From Hymenobacter metallilatus (lineage in GTDB: Bacteria > Bacteroidota > Bacteroidia > Cytophagales > Hymenobacteraceae): a DNA stretch of 32,000 nt. The position numbers and the translations under genes were made by a program. Below, in pieces: positions 8,368 to 15,836 of the stretch. Position 1 is the first letter of the stretch. Every line of letters begins with the position of its first letter. The stretch is from NCBI RefSeq assembly GCF_003944705.1, contig NZ_RWIS01000002.1, positions 462,243 through 494,242 on the forward strand, read 5' to 3'. The notes below the pieces were generated by a model that saw nothing but the letters and a program-made list of their open reading frames with translations, made no database searches and was not told where the DNA came from.

Positions 8368-9453
8368 GTGGAAAACGCTAAATCGGTAAAACTCGTCCTC
8401 GAAGACGGTACTGAAATCCAGGGCCAGTCGTTCGGCGCCTTCACCTCCGCCGCGGGCGAGGTGGTATTCAGCACGGCCATGACCGGCTACCCCGAAAACC
8501 TCACCGATCCGTCCTTCGCCGGGCAGATTCTGGTGCTGACTTACCCCATCGTGGGCAACTACGGCGTGCCGGGCGAGGAGCTGTACGAGTCGATTTCCAA
8601 GATTTTCGAGTCGGACAAGATTCACATTGCCGGCCTGGTAGTCAACTACTACTCCGAGGAGCACAGCCACTGGAACGCCGCCAAAAGCCTGGGCGACTGG
8701 CTGGCCGAGTACAACATCCCCGGCATCTGCGGCGTGGACACGCGCATGCTCACCAAGAAGCTGCGCGAGAAGGGCGCCATGCTCGGCAAGATTGTGGCCG
8801 AGCAGGACGTGCCCCTGCACGACCCCAACCTGGAAAACCTGGTGGCCCAGGTGAGCCCCCAGGGCGTGCAGCACTACGGCACGGGCCAGCACAAAATAGT
8901 GCTGGTAGACTGCGGCACCAAAACCAACATCATCCGCTGCTTCCTGGAGCGCGACGTGGAGCTGATCCGGGTGCCCTGGGACTACGACTTCACCCAGCTC
9001 GACTACGACGGCCTGTTCCTGAGCAACGGCCCCGGCGACCCGAAAATGTGCGTGCCCACCATCGAGCACCTGCAAAAGGCGCTGGAGCAGGACAAGCCCA
9101 TCTTCGGCATCTGCCTGGGTTCCCAGCTCATGGGCCTGGCCGCCGGCGGCGACACGTTCAAGCTCAAGTACGGGCACCGCAGCCACAACCAGCCCGTCAA
9201 GCTCACCGGCACCCAGCGCAGCTACATCACCAGCCAGAACCACGGCTTCGCGGTGGACACGGCCACGCTGCCCGCCGAGTGGGACATGCTGTTCGAAAAC
9301 CTCAACGACGGCACCTGCGAAGGCATCAAGCACAAAACCAAGCCCTTCTTCTCCACCCAGTTCCACCCCGAAGCCGCCGGCGGCCCCCAGGACACGGAGT
9401 TTCTGTTTGATGATTTCTTGAAAGCGGTGGTGGAGTATAAAGCCTCGAAGTAA
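8368..9453 (+). CDS. carA: carbamoyl-phosphate synthase small (glutaminase) subunit
   Basis: CarA similarity starts at ...ENAKSVKLVLEDGTEIQGQSFGA. I place the start at the in-frame GTG at 8368 (361 aa). The GATase triad region GICLGSQL is present. The 151 upstream in-frame codots of the track ORF (7915-8367) are Pro/Ser-rich and run through a repeat. Confidence 0.85.
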   Translation: MENAKSVKLVLEDGTEIQGQSFGAFTSAAGEVVFSTAMTGYPENLTDPSFAGQILVLTYPIVGNYGVPGEELYESISKIFESDKIHIAGLVVNYYSEEHSHWNAAKSLGDWLAEYNIPGICGVDTRMLTKKLREKGAMLGKIVAEQDVPLHDPNLENLVAQVSPQGVQHYGTGQHKIVLVDCGTKTNIIRCFLERDVELIRVPWDYDFTQLDYDGLFLSNGPGDPKMCVPTIEHLQKALEQDKPIFGICLGSQLMGLAAGGDTFKLKYGHRSHNQPVKLTGTQRSYITSQNHGFAVDTATLPAEWDMLFENLNDGTCEGIKHKTKPFFSTQFHPEAAGGPQDTEFLFDDFLKAVVEYKASK

Positions 9454-9455
9454 TC

Positions 9456-9821
9456 ATGAGTACTTGCAAGTTTCGCTTACTCATACCTACGCTAGCGCTG
9501 ATATTTTTGAATGCTGGCTGTAGGCAAGAAGCAAAATTTGATAAGGACAAGTGGTGCTCTATGGGTGATATAGGAAGCTTCCCGTATCGTGAGCAAATGG
9601 TCGATGATTTGGTTACGCATCATCAACTTAAGGGTCTCACTTACCATCAGCTTCTTGATTCACTGGGTGAGCCGTCAAACTATGGCGAGTCTGACGGCAC
9701 ACTTCGGTATCTAATCATGGAGGATTTTGAATCAGATATTGACCCGGTACATGGCAAAACGCTTGACCTGACATTGGGGCTTGATTCTGTTGTAACTGCT
9801 TACAAAGTCACCAAGTGGTAA
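9456..9821 (+). CDS. low-GC small lipoprotein-like protein (possibly a BamE/SmpA_OmlA-like fold)
   Basis: 121 aa. The ATG is 2 nt after the carA stop. Signal peptide ends ...LIFLNAGC. A 60-nt sample I hand-counted is about 40% G+C, against about 60% in carB. Confidence 0.6.
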   Translation: MSTCKFRLLIPTLALIFLNAGCRQEAKFDKDKWCSMGDIGSFPYREQMVDDLVTHHQLKGLTYHQLLDSLGEPSNYGESDGTLRYLIMEDFESDIDPVHGKTLDLTLGLDSVVTAYKVTKW

Positions 9822-9828
9822 GCACCCC

Positions 9829-9874
9829 AGAACGTCATGCTAAGTTTGCCGAATCATCTCTACCATTTCGTTGG
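9829..9874. repeat. degenerate V1 left arm (half of a split palindrome)
   Basis: agaacgtcatgctAagTttgccgaaTcatctctaccAtttcgttgg. All four differences from consensus are G/C to A/T. Its partner is at 10291-10335. Confidence 0.85.
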
Positions 9875-9915
9875 CGAATAAGATTGTAATACTCAAACGT
9901 ACTAGTATACATACC

Positions 9916-10305
9916 ATGCAGTTGAATGGAAAATCATTAAAGAAATGGCTTTTGCTTTTAGTGGCAGGTATAGCCTTTTATTTCTCTTTTGATTTCCTAG
10001 ACGACTTCTTAGATAAGCAGATGTTGGGTGACCACCCAGAAGTCATTCTTGCGGCCAAGTATGGTGCCAAGACTTCTCCGAGAATACTTAGCCACACGGG
10101 AGAAATATTTTCTGAGGAATACAAAATGAATACGCTGGATTCCAAGCAAGACTCGCTTGAACTTGATATCAAGTTAGAAGGCAAGAAGGCAACCGCCATT
10201 ATTAATACGCGTGCAGTGAAGCAAGTATCTGGTATATGGAACATCTACCGTAGCGACACCACATTCACTGAACAGGCACCACAGCTTGGCCCAACGAAGC
10301 GGTAG
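9916..10305 (+). CDS. low-GC hypothetical membrane-anchored protein
   Basis: The track ORF starts at a TTG at 9871, inside the repeat. The first ATG, at 9916 (MQLNGKSLKKWLLLLVAGIAFYFSF...), gives 129 aa with one N-terminal TM helix. The TAG stop lies within the V1 right arm (ggTAGag). No family recognised. Confidence 0.5.
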   Translation: MQLNGKSLKKWLLLLVAGIAFYFSFDFLDDFLDKQMLGDHPEVILAAKYGAKTSPRILSHTGEIFSEEYKMNTLDSKQDSLELDIKLEGKKATAIINTRAVKQVSGIWNIYRSDTTFTEQAPQLGPTKR

Positions 10306-10335
10306 AGATGCTTCGGCAAGCTCAGCATGACGTTC
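10291..10335. repeat. V1 right arm (half of a split palindrome)
   Basis: ccaacgaagcggtagagatgcttcggcaagctcagcatgacgttc. Consensus sequence, complementary to 9829-9874 except at the four degenerate positions. Confidence 0.9.
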
Positions 10336-10379
10336 AGATAAATCCTTTGCCTACGTTCTTTTTGAACATAACCCCCAGA

Positions 10380-13300
10380 ATGGAAAAACCACAGAAAGTT
10401 CTCATCCTCGGTTCCGGCGCCCTCAAAATTGGGGAGGCCGGTGAGTTCGACTACTCCGGTTCGCAGGCCCTCAAGGCGCTGAAAGAGGAAGGCATCCGCA
10501 CCATCCTCATCAACCCCAACATTGCCACCGTGCAGACGTCGGACGACATTGCCGACGACGTGTACTTCCTGCCCGTGACGCCCTACTTCGTGGAGGAAGT
10601 CATCAAGAAGGAGCAGCCCGACGGCATCCTGGTGGCCTTCGGCGGGCAGACGGCCCTGAACTGCGCCGTGGCCCTGTACCGCGCCGGCGTGTTCGAGAAG
10701 TACAACGTGCGCGTGCTCGGCACGCCCGTGCAGAGCATCATCGACACCGAGGACCGCGACATCTTCAAGGAAAAGCTCGACCAGATCGGCGTGCTCACGG
10801 CCCGCAGCGAAGCCGTAACCACGATGGAGGACGCGCTGGCGGCCGCCGAGCGGATTGGCTTCCCCATCATCGTGCGCGCCGCCTTTGCGCTGGGCGGCCT
10901 GGGCAGCGGCTTCGCCAACAACATGGACGAGCTGCGTACCCTGGCCCAGAAATCCTTCTCGACCTCCGACCAGATTCTGGTGGAAGAGTCCTTGAAGGGC
11001 TGGAAAGAGGTGGAGTACGAGGTGGTGCGCGACCAGTTCGACAACTGCATCACGGTCTGCAACATGGAGAACTTCGACCCCATCGGTATCCACACCGGGG
11101 AGAGCATCGTGGTGGCCCCGTCGCAGACGCTGAGCAACCGCGAGTACCACAAGCTGCGCAGCATCGGCATCAAGACCATCCGCCACTTGGGCATCGTGGG
11201 CGAGTGCAACATTCAGTACGCCCTCGACCCGCACTCGGAGGAATACCGCGTGATTGAGGTGAATGCCCGTTTGTCGCGCTCCTCGGCCCTGGCTTCCAAG
11301 GCTACGGGCTACCCGCTGGCCTTCGTGGCCGCCAAGCTGAGCCTGGGCTACTCCCTGGCCGAGCTGAAAAACAGCGTGACGCAGACCACCTCGGCCTTCT
11401 TCGAGCCCTCGCTCGACTACCTGGTGGTAAAGCTGCCGCGCTGGGATTTGAGCAAGTTTGCGGGTGTGCAGCGCCAGATCGGCTCGGCCATGAAGAGCGT
11501 GGGCGAGGTGATGGCCATCGGCAAAACCTTCGAGGAAGCCGTGCAGAAGGGCCTGCGCATGCTCGACACCGGCCGGCGCGGCTTCGTAGCCAACAAGCCC
11601 GAGCCCATCGACCTCGCGGACCTCGACCGGCTGCTGAGCGAACCGAACGAGGAGCGCATCTTCGCCATCAACGAGGCATTCCAGGCCGGCTACGACGTGG
11701 AGCGCGTGTACGAGCTGACGCGCATCGACCGGTGGTTTTTGCAGCGCCTCTACGGTATCTACCAGCTGGGCCTGCAGCTCGGCGAGAAGCGCCAGCAGGG
11801 TGGCCTCGATGCCCTCGACACCGACCTGCTGCGCCAGGCCAAGAAAGCGGGCTTCTCGGACCAGCAGCTGGCCGTGCAGCTGCTCGGGCCGGCCGAGGTG
11901 AAGGCCAACGAAATGCTGGTGCGCGCCCGCCGCAAGGCCCTGGGCGTGCTGCCGGTGGTCAAGCAAATCGACACGCTGGCGGCCGAATTCCCGGCCCAGA
12001 CCAACTACCTCTACCTCACCTACCACGGCACCGAAAACGACCTGGAGCCGGAAACCGACAAGTCGGTGGTGGTGCTGGGCTCGGGCGTGTACCGCATCGG
12101 CTCGTCGGTGGAGTTTGACTGGTGCGGCGTAAACGCGGCCCAGACGGTGAACGAGGAGGGCTACAAGTCCATCATCATCAACTACAACCCCGAAACCGTA
12201 AGCACCGACTACGACGTGTCGGACCGCCTGTACTTCGAGGAATTGAGCTACGAGCGGGTGATGGACATCCTGGACTTTGAGGCGCCGCAGGGCGTAATTC
12301 TGAGCACTGGCGGGCAGATTCCGAACAACATTGCCACCCGCCTCGAAGCCGCCGGCGCGCCCATCCTGGGCACCGCCGCCGCCCGCATCGACGAGGCCGA
12401 AAACCGCCACAAGTTCAGCAGCATCATGGACGAGCTGGGCATTGCCCAACCGCGCTGGAGCGAGCTGACTACGATGGAGGCCATCTACGACTTCGTGAAG
12501 CAGGTGGGCTTCCCGGTGCTGATCCGGCCGAGCTACGTGCTGTCGGGCGCGGCCATGAACGTGGTGTCGAACCCGCAGGAGCTGGAAGAGTACCTGAAGC
12601 TGGCCGTGGAGGTCAGCGCCGAGTACCCGGTGGTGGTGTCGGAGTTCATCCAGGAAGCTAAGGAAATCGAGCTGGACGCGGTGGCCGACAAGGGCGAAAT
12701 CGTGTCGTACGCCATATCGGAGCACGTCGAGTTTGCCGGCGTGCACTCCGGCGACGCCACCATGTACTACCCGCCCCAGCGCGTGTACGTGGGCACGGTA
12801 CGCAAGCTCAAGGTCATTGCCGAGAAGATTGCCCGGCGCTTCGAAATCAGCGGGCCGTTCAACATCCAGTTCCTGGAGAAAAACGGCGCCATCCGCGTCA
12901 TCGAGTGCAACCTGCGCGCCTCGCGTAGCTTCCCCTTCGTGAGCAAGGTATCGGGCCACAACCTGATCAAAAAGGCCACGAAGGTGCTGCTGGGCCAGCA
13001 CGTGGAGCGCGACGCGAGCGAGCTGGTGTACGACCTGCCCTTCGTGGGCGTGAAGGCCTCGCAGTTCTCCTTTACCCGCCTGCAGGGCGCCGACCCGGTG
13101 CTGCGCGTGGACATGACCAGCACCGGCGAAGTGGGCTGCCTGGGCGACACGGCCGAGGAAGCGCTGCTGAAGTCCTTGCTGTCGGTGGGTTACCGCATTC
13201 CGGAGAAGACGGTGCTGATGTCCAGCGGCCCGCTGCTCTCCAAGGTGGCCCTGCTCAGCGCCGCCAAGCTGCTGGTGCAGAAGGATTACACCATTTACGC

Positions 13301-13631
13301 CACCCACGGCACGCACAGCTTCCTGGCCGAAAACGGCGTGGCCAGCACCCTGGTCTACTGGCCCGACGAGCTGCAGGAGCCCAACGCCCTGACCTACCTG
13401 CGCGAGCGGAAAATCGACCTGGTCATCAACATCCCCAAGAACCTGACCAAGGGCGAGCTGGACAACGACTACAAAATCCGCCGCACCGCCGTCGACTTCA
13501 ACATCCCGCTCATCACCAACGCCCGCCTGGCCAAAGCCTTCATCAAGGCCTTCACCACGCTGAAGCTGCAGGATCTGAGCATCAAGAGCTGGAAGGAGTT
13601 CAAGGCGGAAGCCGCGCCGGTAGAGGCGTAG
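10380..13631 (+). CDS. carB: carbamoyl-phosphate synthase large subunit
   Basis: 1083 aa from the ATG at 10380 (MEKPQKVLILGSGALKIGEAGEFDYSGSQA...), with duplicated ATP-grasp halves. The 24 extra N-terminal codons in the track ORF are read-through of the V1 arm (MLRQAQHDV...). Confidence 0.95.
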   Translation: MEKPQKVLILGSGALKIGEAGEFDYSGSQALKALKEEGIRTILINPNIATVQTSDDIADDVYFLPVTPYFVEEVIKKEQPDGILVAFGGQTALNCAVALYRAGVFEKYNVRVLGTPVQSIIDTEDRDIFKEKLDQIGVLTARSEAVTTMEDALAAAERIGFPIIVRAAFALGGLGSGFANNMDELRTLAQKSFSTSDQILVEESLKGWKEVEYEVVRDQFDNCITVCNMENFDPIGIHTGESIVVAPSQTLSNREYHKLRSIGIKTIRHLGIVGECNIQYALDPHSEEYRVIEVNARLSRSSALASKATGYPLAFVAAKLSLGYSLAELKNSVTQTTSAFFEPSLDYLVVKLPRWDLSKFAGVQRQIGSAMKSVGEVMAIGKTFEEAVQKGLRMLDTGRRGFVANKPEPIDLADLDRLLSEPNEERIFAINEAFQAGYDVERVYELTRIDRWFLQRLYGIYQLGLQLGEKRQQGGLDALDTDLLRQAKKAGFSDQQLAVQLLGPAEVKANEMLVRARRKALGVLPVVKQIDTLAAEFPAQTNYLYLTYHGTENDLEPETDKSVVVLGSGVYRIGSSVEFDWCGVNAAQTVNEEGYKSIIINYNPETVSTDYDVSDRLYFEELSYERVMDILDFEAPQGVILSTGGQIPNNIATRLEAAGAPILGTAAARIDEAENRHKFSSIMDELGIAQPRWSELTTMEAIYDFVKQVGFPVLIRPSYVLSGAAMNVVSNPQELEEYLKLAVEVSAEYPVVVSEFIQEAKEIELDAVADKGEIVSYAISEHVEFAGVHSGDATMYYPPQRVYVGTVRKLKVIAEKIARRFEISGPFNIQFLEKNGAIRVIECNLRASRSFPFVSKVSGHNLIKKATKVLLGQHVERDASELVYDLPFVGVKASQFSFTRLQGADPVLRVDMTSTGEVGCLGDTAEEALLKSLLSVGYRIPEKTVLMSSGPLLSKVALLSAAKLLVQKDYTIYATHGTHSFLAENGVASTLVYWPDELQEPNALTYLRERKIDLVINIPKNLTKGELDNDYKIRRTAVDFNIPLITNARLAKAFIKAFTTLKLQDLSIKSWKEFKAEAAPVEA

Positions 13632-13646
13632 TCAGCGGAGTTCATA

Positions 13647-13691
13647 AGAACGTCATGCTGAGCTTGTCGAAGCATCTCTACCGCTTCGTTG
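13647..13691. repeat. V1 left arm carrying a private T variant (outer half of a split palindrome)
   Basis: agaacgtcatgctgagcttgTcgaagcatctctaccgcttcgttg. Its exact partner is at 14644-14684. Confidence 0.9.
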
Positions 13692-13720
13692 TTCGGCATC
13701 GGCGCTGATTGGACAAAGCA

Positions 13721-13823
13721 AGAACGTCATGCTGAGCGAAGCTGAAGCATCTCTACTGATAGTAACTCCTCTCGTGAGGACGACCCCGGTAGAGATGCTT
13801 CAACAAGCTCAGCATGACGTTCT
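13721..13823. repeat. complete variant V1 element nested inside the split palindrome
   Basis: The left arm, 13721-13756, has loop variant gagcGAAGCtga, which contains GCGAAGC at 13736-13742. The right arm, 13788-13823, is ggtagagatgcttcaacaagctcagcatgacgttct. The arms pair except at the mini-loop. Confidence 0.85.
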
Positions 13824-13854
13824 GATTTTCGGCTGTTCTGCGTAACGTAGCCGC

Positions 13855-14145
13855 ATGTACGTCTACATCCTGACTAACCCGACCCAAACTGTGCTCTACA
13901 TCGGCGTCACCAACGACTTGGCCCGCCGCCTCTATGAGCACAGCCAGGGCCGCGGTGACGCGGGCAAGTTCACCGGACGGTACCAAGCGGATTTGCTGGT
14001 GTACTTCGAGCAGTGCCCGGATGCTACGCAGGCTATTGCGCGGGAAAAGCAACTGAAAGGCTGGACGCGGCAGAAGAAGGACGCGCTGATTGCGGCGTTT
14101 AATCCGACGTGGCAGGCTATTGATTTGCAGACGTGGGCGGGGTAA
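13855..14145 (+). CDS. small stand-alone GIY-YIG (URI-domain) nuclease family protein
   Basis: 96 aa: MYVYILTNPTQTVLYIGVTNDLARRLYEH...REKQLKGW. The YILTN...LYIGVTN...R..EH...E pattern is typical of short COG2827-type GIY-YIG proteins. G+C is host-like. Confidence 0.85.
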   Translation: MYVYILTNPTQTVLYIGVTNDLARRLYEHSQGRGDAGKFTGRYQADLLVYFEQCPDATQAIAREKQLKGWTRQKKDALIAAFNPTWQAIDLQTWAG

Positions 14146-14156
14146 ACTAAATACTT

Positions 14157-14642
14157 ATGAATAAGCTATCTGAGCTAAATGACCTTTGGAAAAAGGCAAA
14201 GATTAGAACAGTTGACACTGCAACTGAACAGCAGGTTAGTGAGTTTGAAGCAACTCATAATCTGATTATTCCTCATGATTTACGAGGTTATTTCGTAGCT
14301 GTGAACGGTACCGACAGGTTGCCGGATAATGAGTTTTATACTTTCTGTACGCTTGAGCAATTTCAACCAATCACCAAAGTTTTAGATGCTTGGAAAAACG
14401 GTATACCGAGGCATAGCGACGTGCTTGAGAAAATAGGCAGCCCTCAAAATTGCTTTGTATTTGCGGATTATAGCATCTACCTCTTTGCTTACGCTATCAG
14501 GCTGTACCCTACAGAATCTGCTCAAAATGAAGTTTATGCAATCTGCGGTGGAGAATACAGAATTATAGCCAAGTCGTTTTCCGAATTCATCGACCTGTAT
14601 CTGCAGCAGGCGGATGAACTTACCTTTTGTCTCATCGCCTGA
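14157..14642 (+). CDS. SMI1/KNR4 (SUKH-1 superfamily) protein, immunity-protein-like, low GC
   Basis: 161 aa. The N-terminal segment (...QVSEFEATHNLIIPHDLRGYFVAVNG) and the ...FADY...SFSEFIDLYL segments resemble the SUKH pattern. A 60-nt sample I hand-counted is about 35% G+C. Confidence 0.65.
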   Translation: MNKLSELNDLWKKAKIRTVDTATEQQVSEFEATHNLIIPHDLRGYFVAVNGTDRLPDNEFYTFCTLEQFQPITKVLDAWKNGIPRHSDVLEKIGSPQNCFVFADYSIYLFAYAIRLYPTESAQNEVYAICGGEYRIIAKSFSEFIDLYLQQADELTFCLIA

Positions 14643-14643
14643 G

Positions 14644-14684
14644 CAACGAAGCGGTAGAGATGCTTCGACAAGCTCAGCATGACG
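14644..14684. repeat. V1 right arm carrying the matching private A variant (outer half of a split palindrome)
   Basis: caacgaagcggtagagatgcttcgAcaagctcagcatgacg is the exact reverse complement of 13651-13691. The terminal ttct reappears at 14710-14713 after a 25-nt insertion. Confidence 0.9.
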
Positions 14685-14733
14685 GCCTGACGGCCTTTTC
14701 CGTCTGCCGTTCTGAAATACCGTAGAACACCCC

Positions 14734-15678
14734 ATGAAAAAATTCACCTCGTTCGCCGACGTACCCGACTACCGCGCCCTGCTGCAACAGGCGCTGGAGA
14801 TTAAGCAGAACCCCTTCGGCTACCAGCACGTCGGGCGTAATAAAACCGTTGGACTCATCTTCTTCAACCCCAGCCTGCGCACCCGACTTAGCTCGGTGAA
14901 GGCGGCCTACAACCTGGGCGCGCAGGCCTGGGTGCTCAACGCCGGTGCCGACTCCTGGACCCTGGAAATGGCCGATGGCGCGGTGATGAACGGCGGCACC
15001 CAGGAGCACATCAAGGACGCTATTGCGGTGATGAGCCAGTACTGCGACGTGCTGGGCGTGCGTACCTTCCCCACGCTCAAGGACCGGGAGGCCGACTACA
15101 GCGAAGAAGTGTTCCGGAAAATCATGCAGTACGCCACGGTGCCCGTCATCAGCCTGGAAAGCGCCACGCTGCATCCGCTGCAAAGCTTCGCCGACCTGAT
15201 TACGGTGGCCGAAACCAAGCGGAAGGAACGGGTGAAAGTGGTGCTCACCTGGGCTCCGCACGTGCGCGCTTTGCCCCAGTGCGTGCCCAACTCGTTCTGC
15301 GACTGGTTCTCGGAAATCGACTGGGTAGATTTCGTCATTACCCACCCCGAAGGCTACGAGCTGGACCCCAAGTTTACGAAAGGGGCCCGCATCGAGTACG
15401 ACCAGCAGAAGGCCCTGGCAGGCGCCGACTACGTGCAGGCCAAGAACTGGAGCAGCTACCAGCAGTATGGCCAGGTGCTCCAGAACGACCCCGCCTGGAT
15501 GCTCACACCCGAGCACATGGCCCTTACCAACGACGCCAAATTCCTGCACTGCCTGCCCGTACGCCGCAACGTGGAGGTATCGGATGCGGTGCTGGATGCG
15601 CCCGGCTCACTCATCATTCAGGAAGCCGGCAACCGCACCATTTCCATGCAGACGGTGCTGCACGAATTACTGAAGTAA
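14734..15678 (+). CDS. argF': N-acyl-L-ornithine carbamoyltransferase (acetyl- or succinyl-ornithine type)
   Basis: 314 aa. It has FNPSLRTR instead of the canonical STRTR carbamoyl-phosphate motif, plus HCLP. This is the hallmark of the AOTCase/SOTCase clade. Confidence 0.85.
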   Translation: MKKFTSFADVPDYRALLQQALEIKQNPFGYQHVGRNKTVGLIFFNPSLRTRLSSVKAAYNLGAQAWVLNAGADSWTLEMADGAVMNGGTQEHIKDAIAVMSQYCDVLGVRTFPTLKDREADYSEEVFRKIMQYATVPVISLESATLHPLQSFADLITVAETKRKERVKVVLTWAPHVRALPQCVPNSFCDWFSEIDWVDFVITHPEGYELDPKFTKGARIEYDQQKALAGADYVQAKNWSSYQQYGQVLQNDPAWMLTPEHMALTNDAKFLHCLPVRRNVEVSDAVLDAPGSLIIQEAGNRTISMQTVLHELLK

Positions 15679-15836
15679 CCAGTTGGTTGGTAGCTACTTA
15701 AAAGATGTATGTGGTTGATGGTCAGCGGGTTTTTTACGACTGTACACAACTAGTTGACAAAAACTGCGTTAGAGGCCTTACAAAAGACAGCCATGCGGTT
15801 GACTTTAAGTAGTTCCATTCACCCAAATCACCTGCT

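Noticed and set aside
10308-10379. carB track ORF start (MLRQAQHDVQ...). Similar repeat-derived peptides such as NVMLSLPKHLYRF also appear.
   Set aside because: These are translations of the V1 palindrome arms, not genuine coding sequence. The same peptide strings recur wherever the repeat occurs.
10245-13316. 1023-aa minus-strand ORF antisense to carB. Similar long antisense ORFs occur at 5600-6511, 6672-7757, 8332-9366, 14674-15549, 20672-22078, 24618-25709, 29344-30249 and 30864-31879.
   Set aside because: These are typical stop-poor antisense frames of high-GC coding DNA. Their products are Arg/Ala/Gly/Val/His-rich with no recognisable domains, while the opposite strand encodes clearly recognisable proteins.
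13855-14642. GIY-YIG plus SMI1/KNR4 as a bona fide toxin-immunity pair
   Set aside because: The two genes differ sharply in G+C (host-like versus about 35%), which suggests separate origins. The GIY-YIG protein has no secretion or toxin-delivery domain. The idea is kept only as a weak alternative.
4239-14684. Possibility that the recurring 36-nt sequences form a CRISPR array
   Set aside because: The copies occur as inverted pairs, not direct repeats, with irregular spacing of 26 nt up to kilobases. Housekeeping genes lie between them and there are no cas genes.
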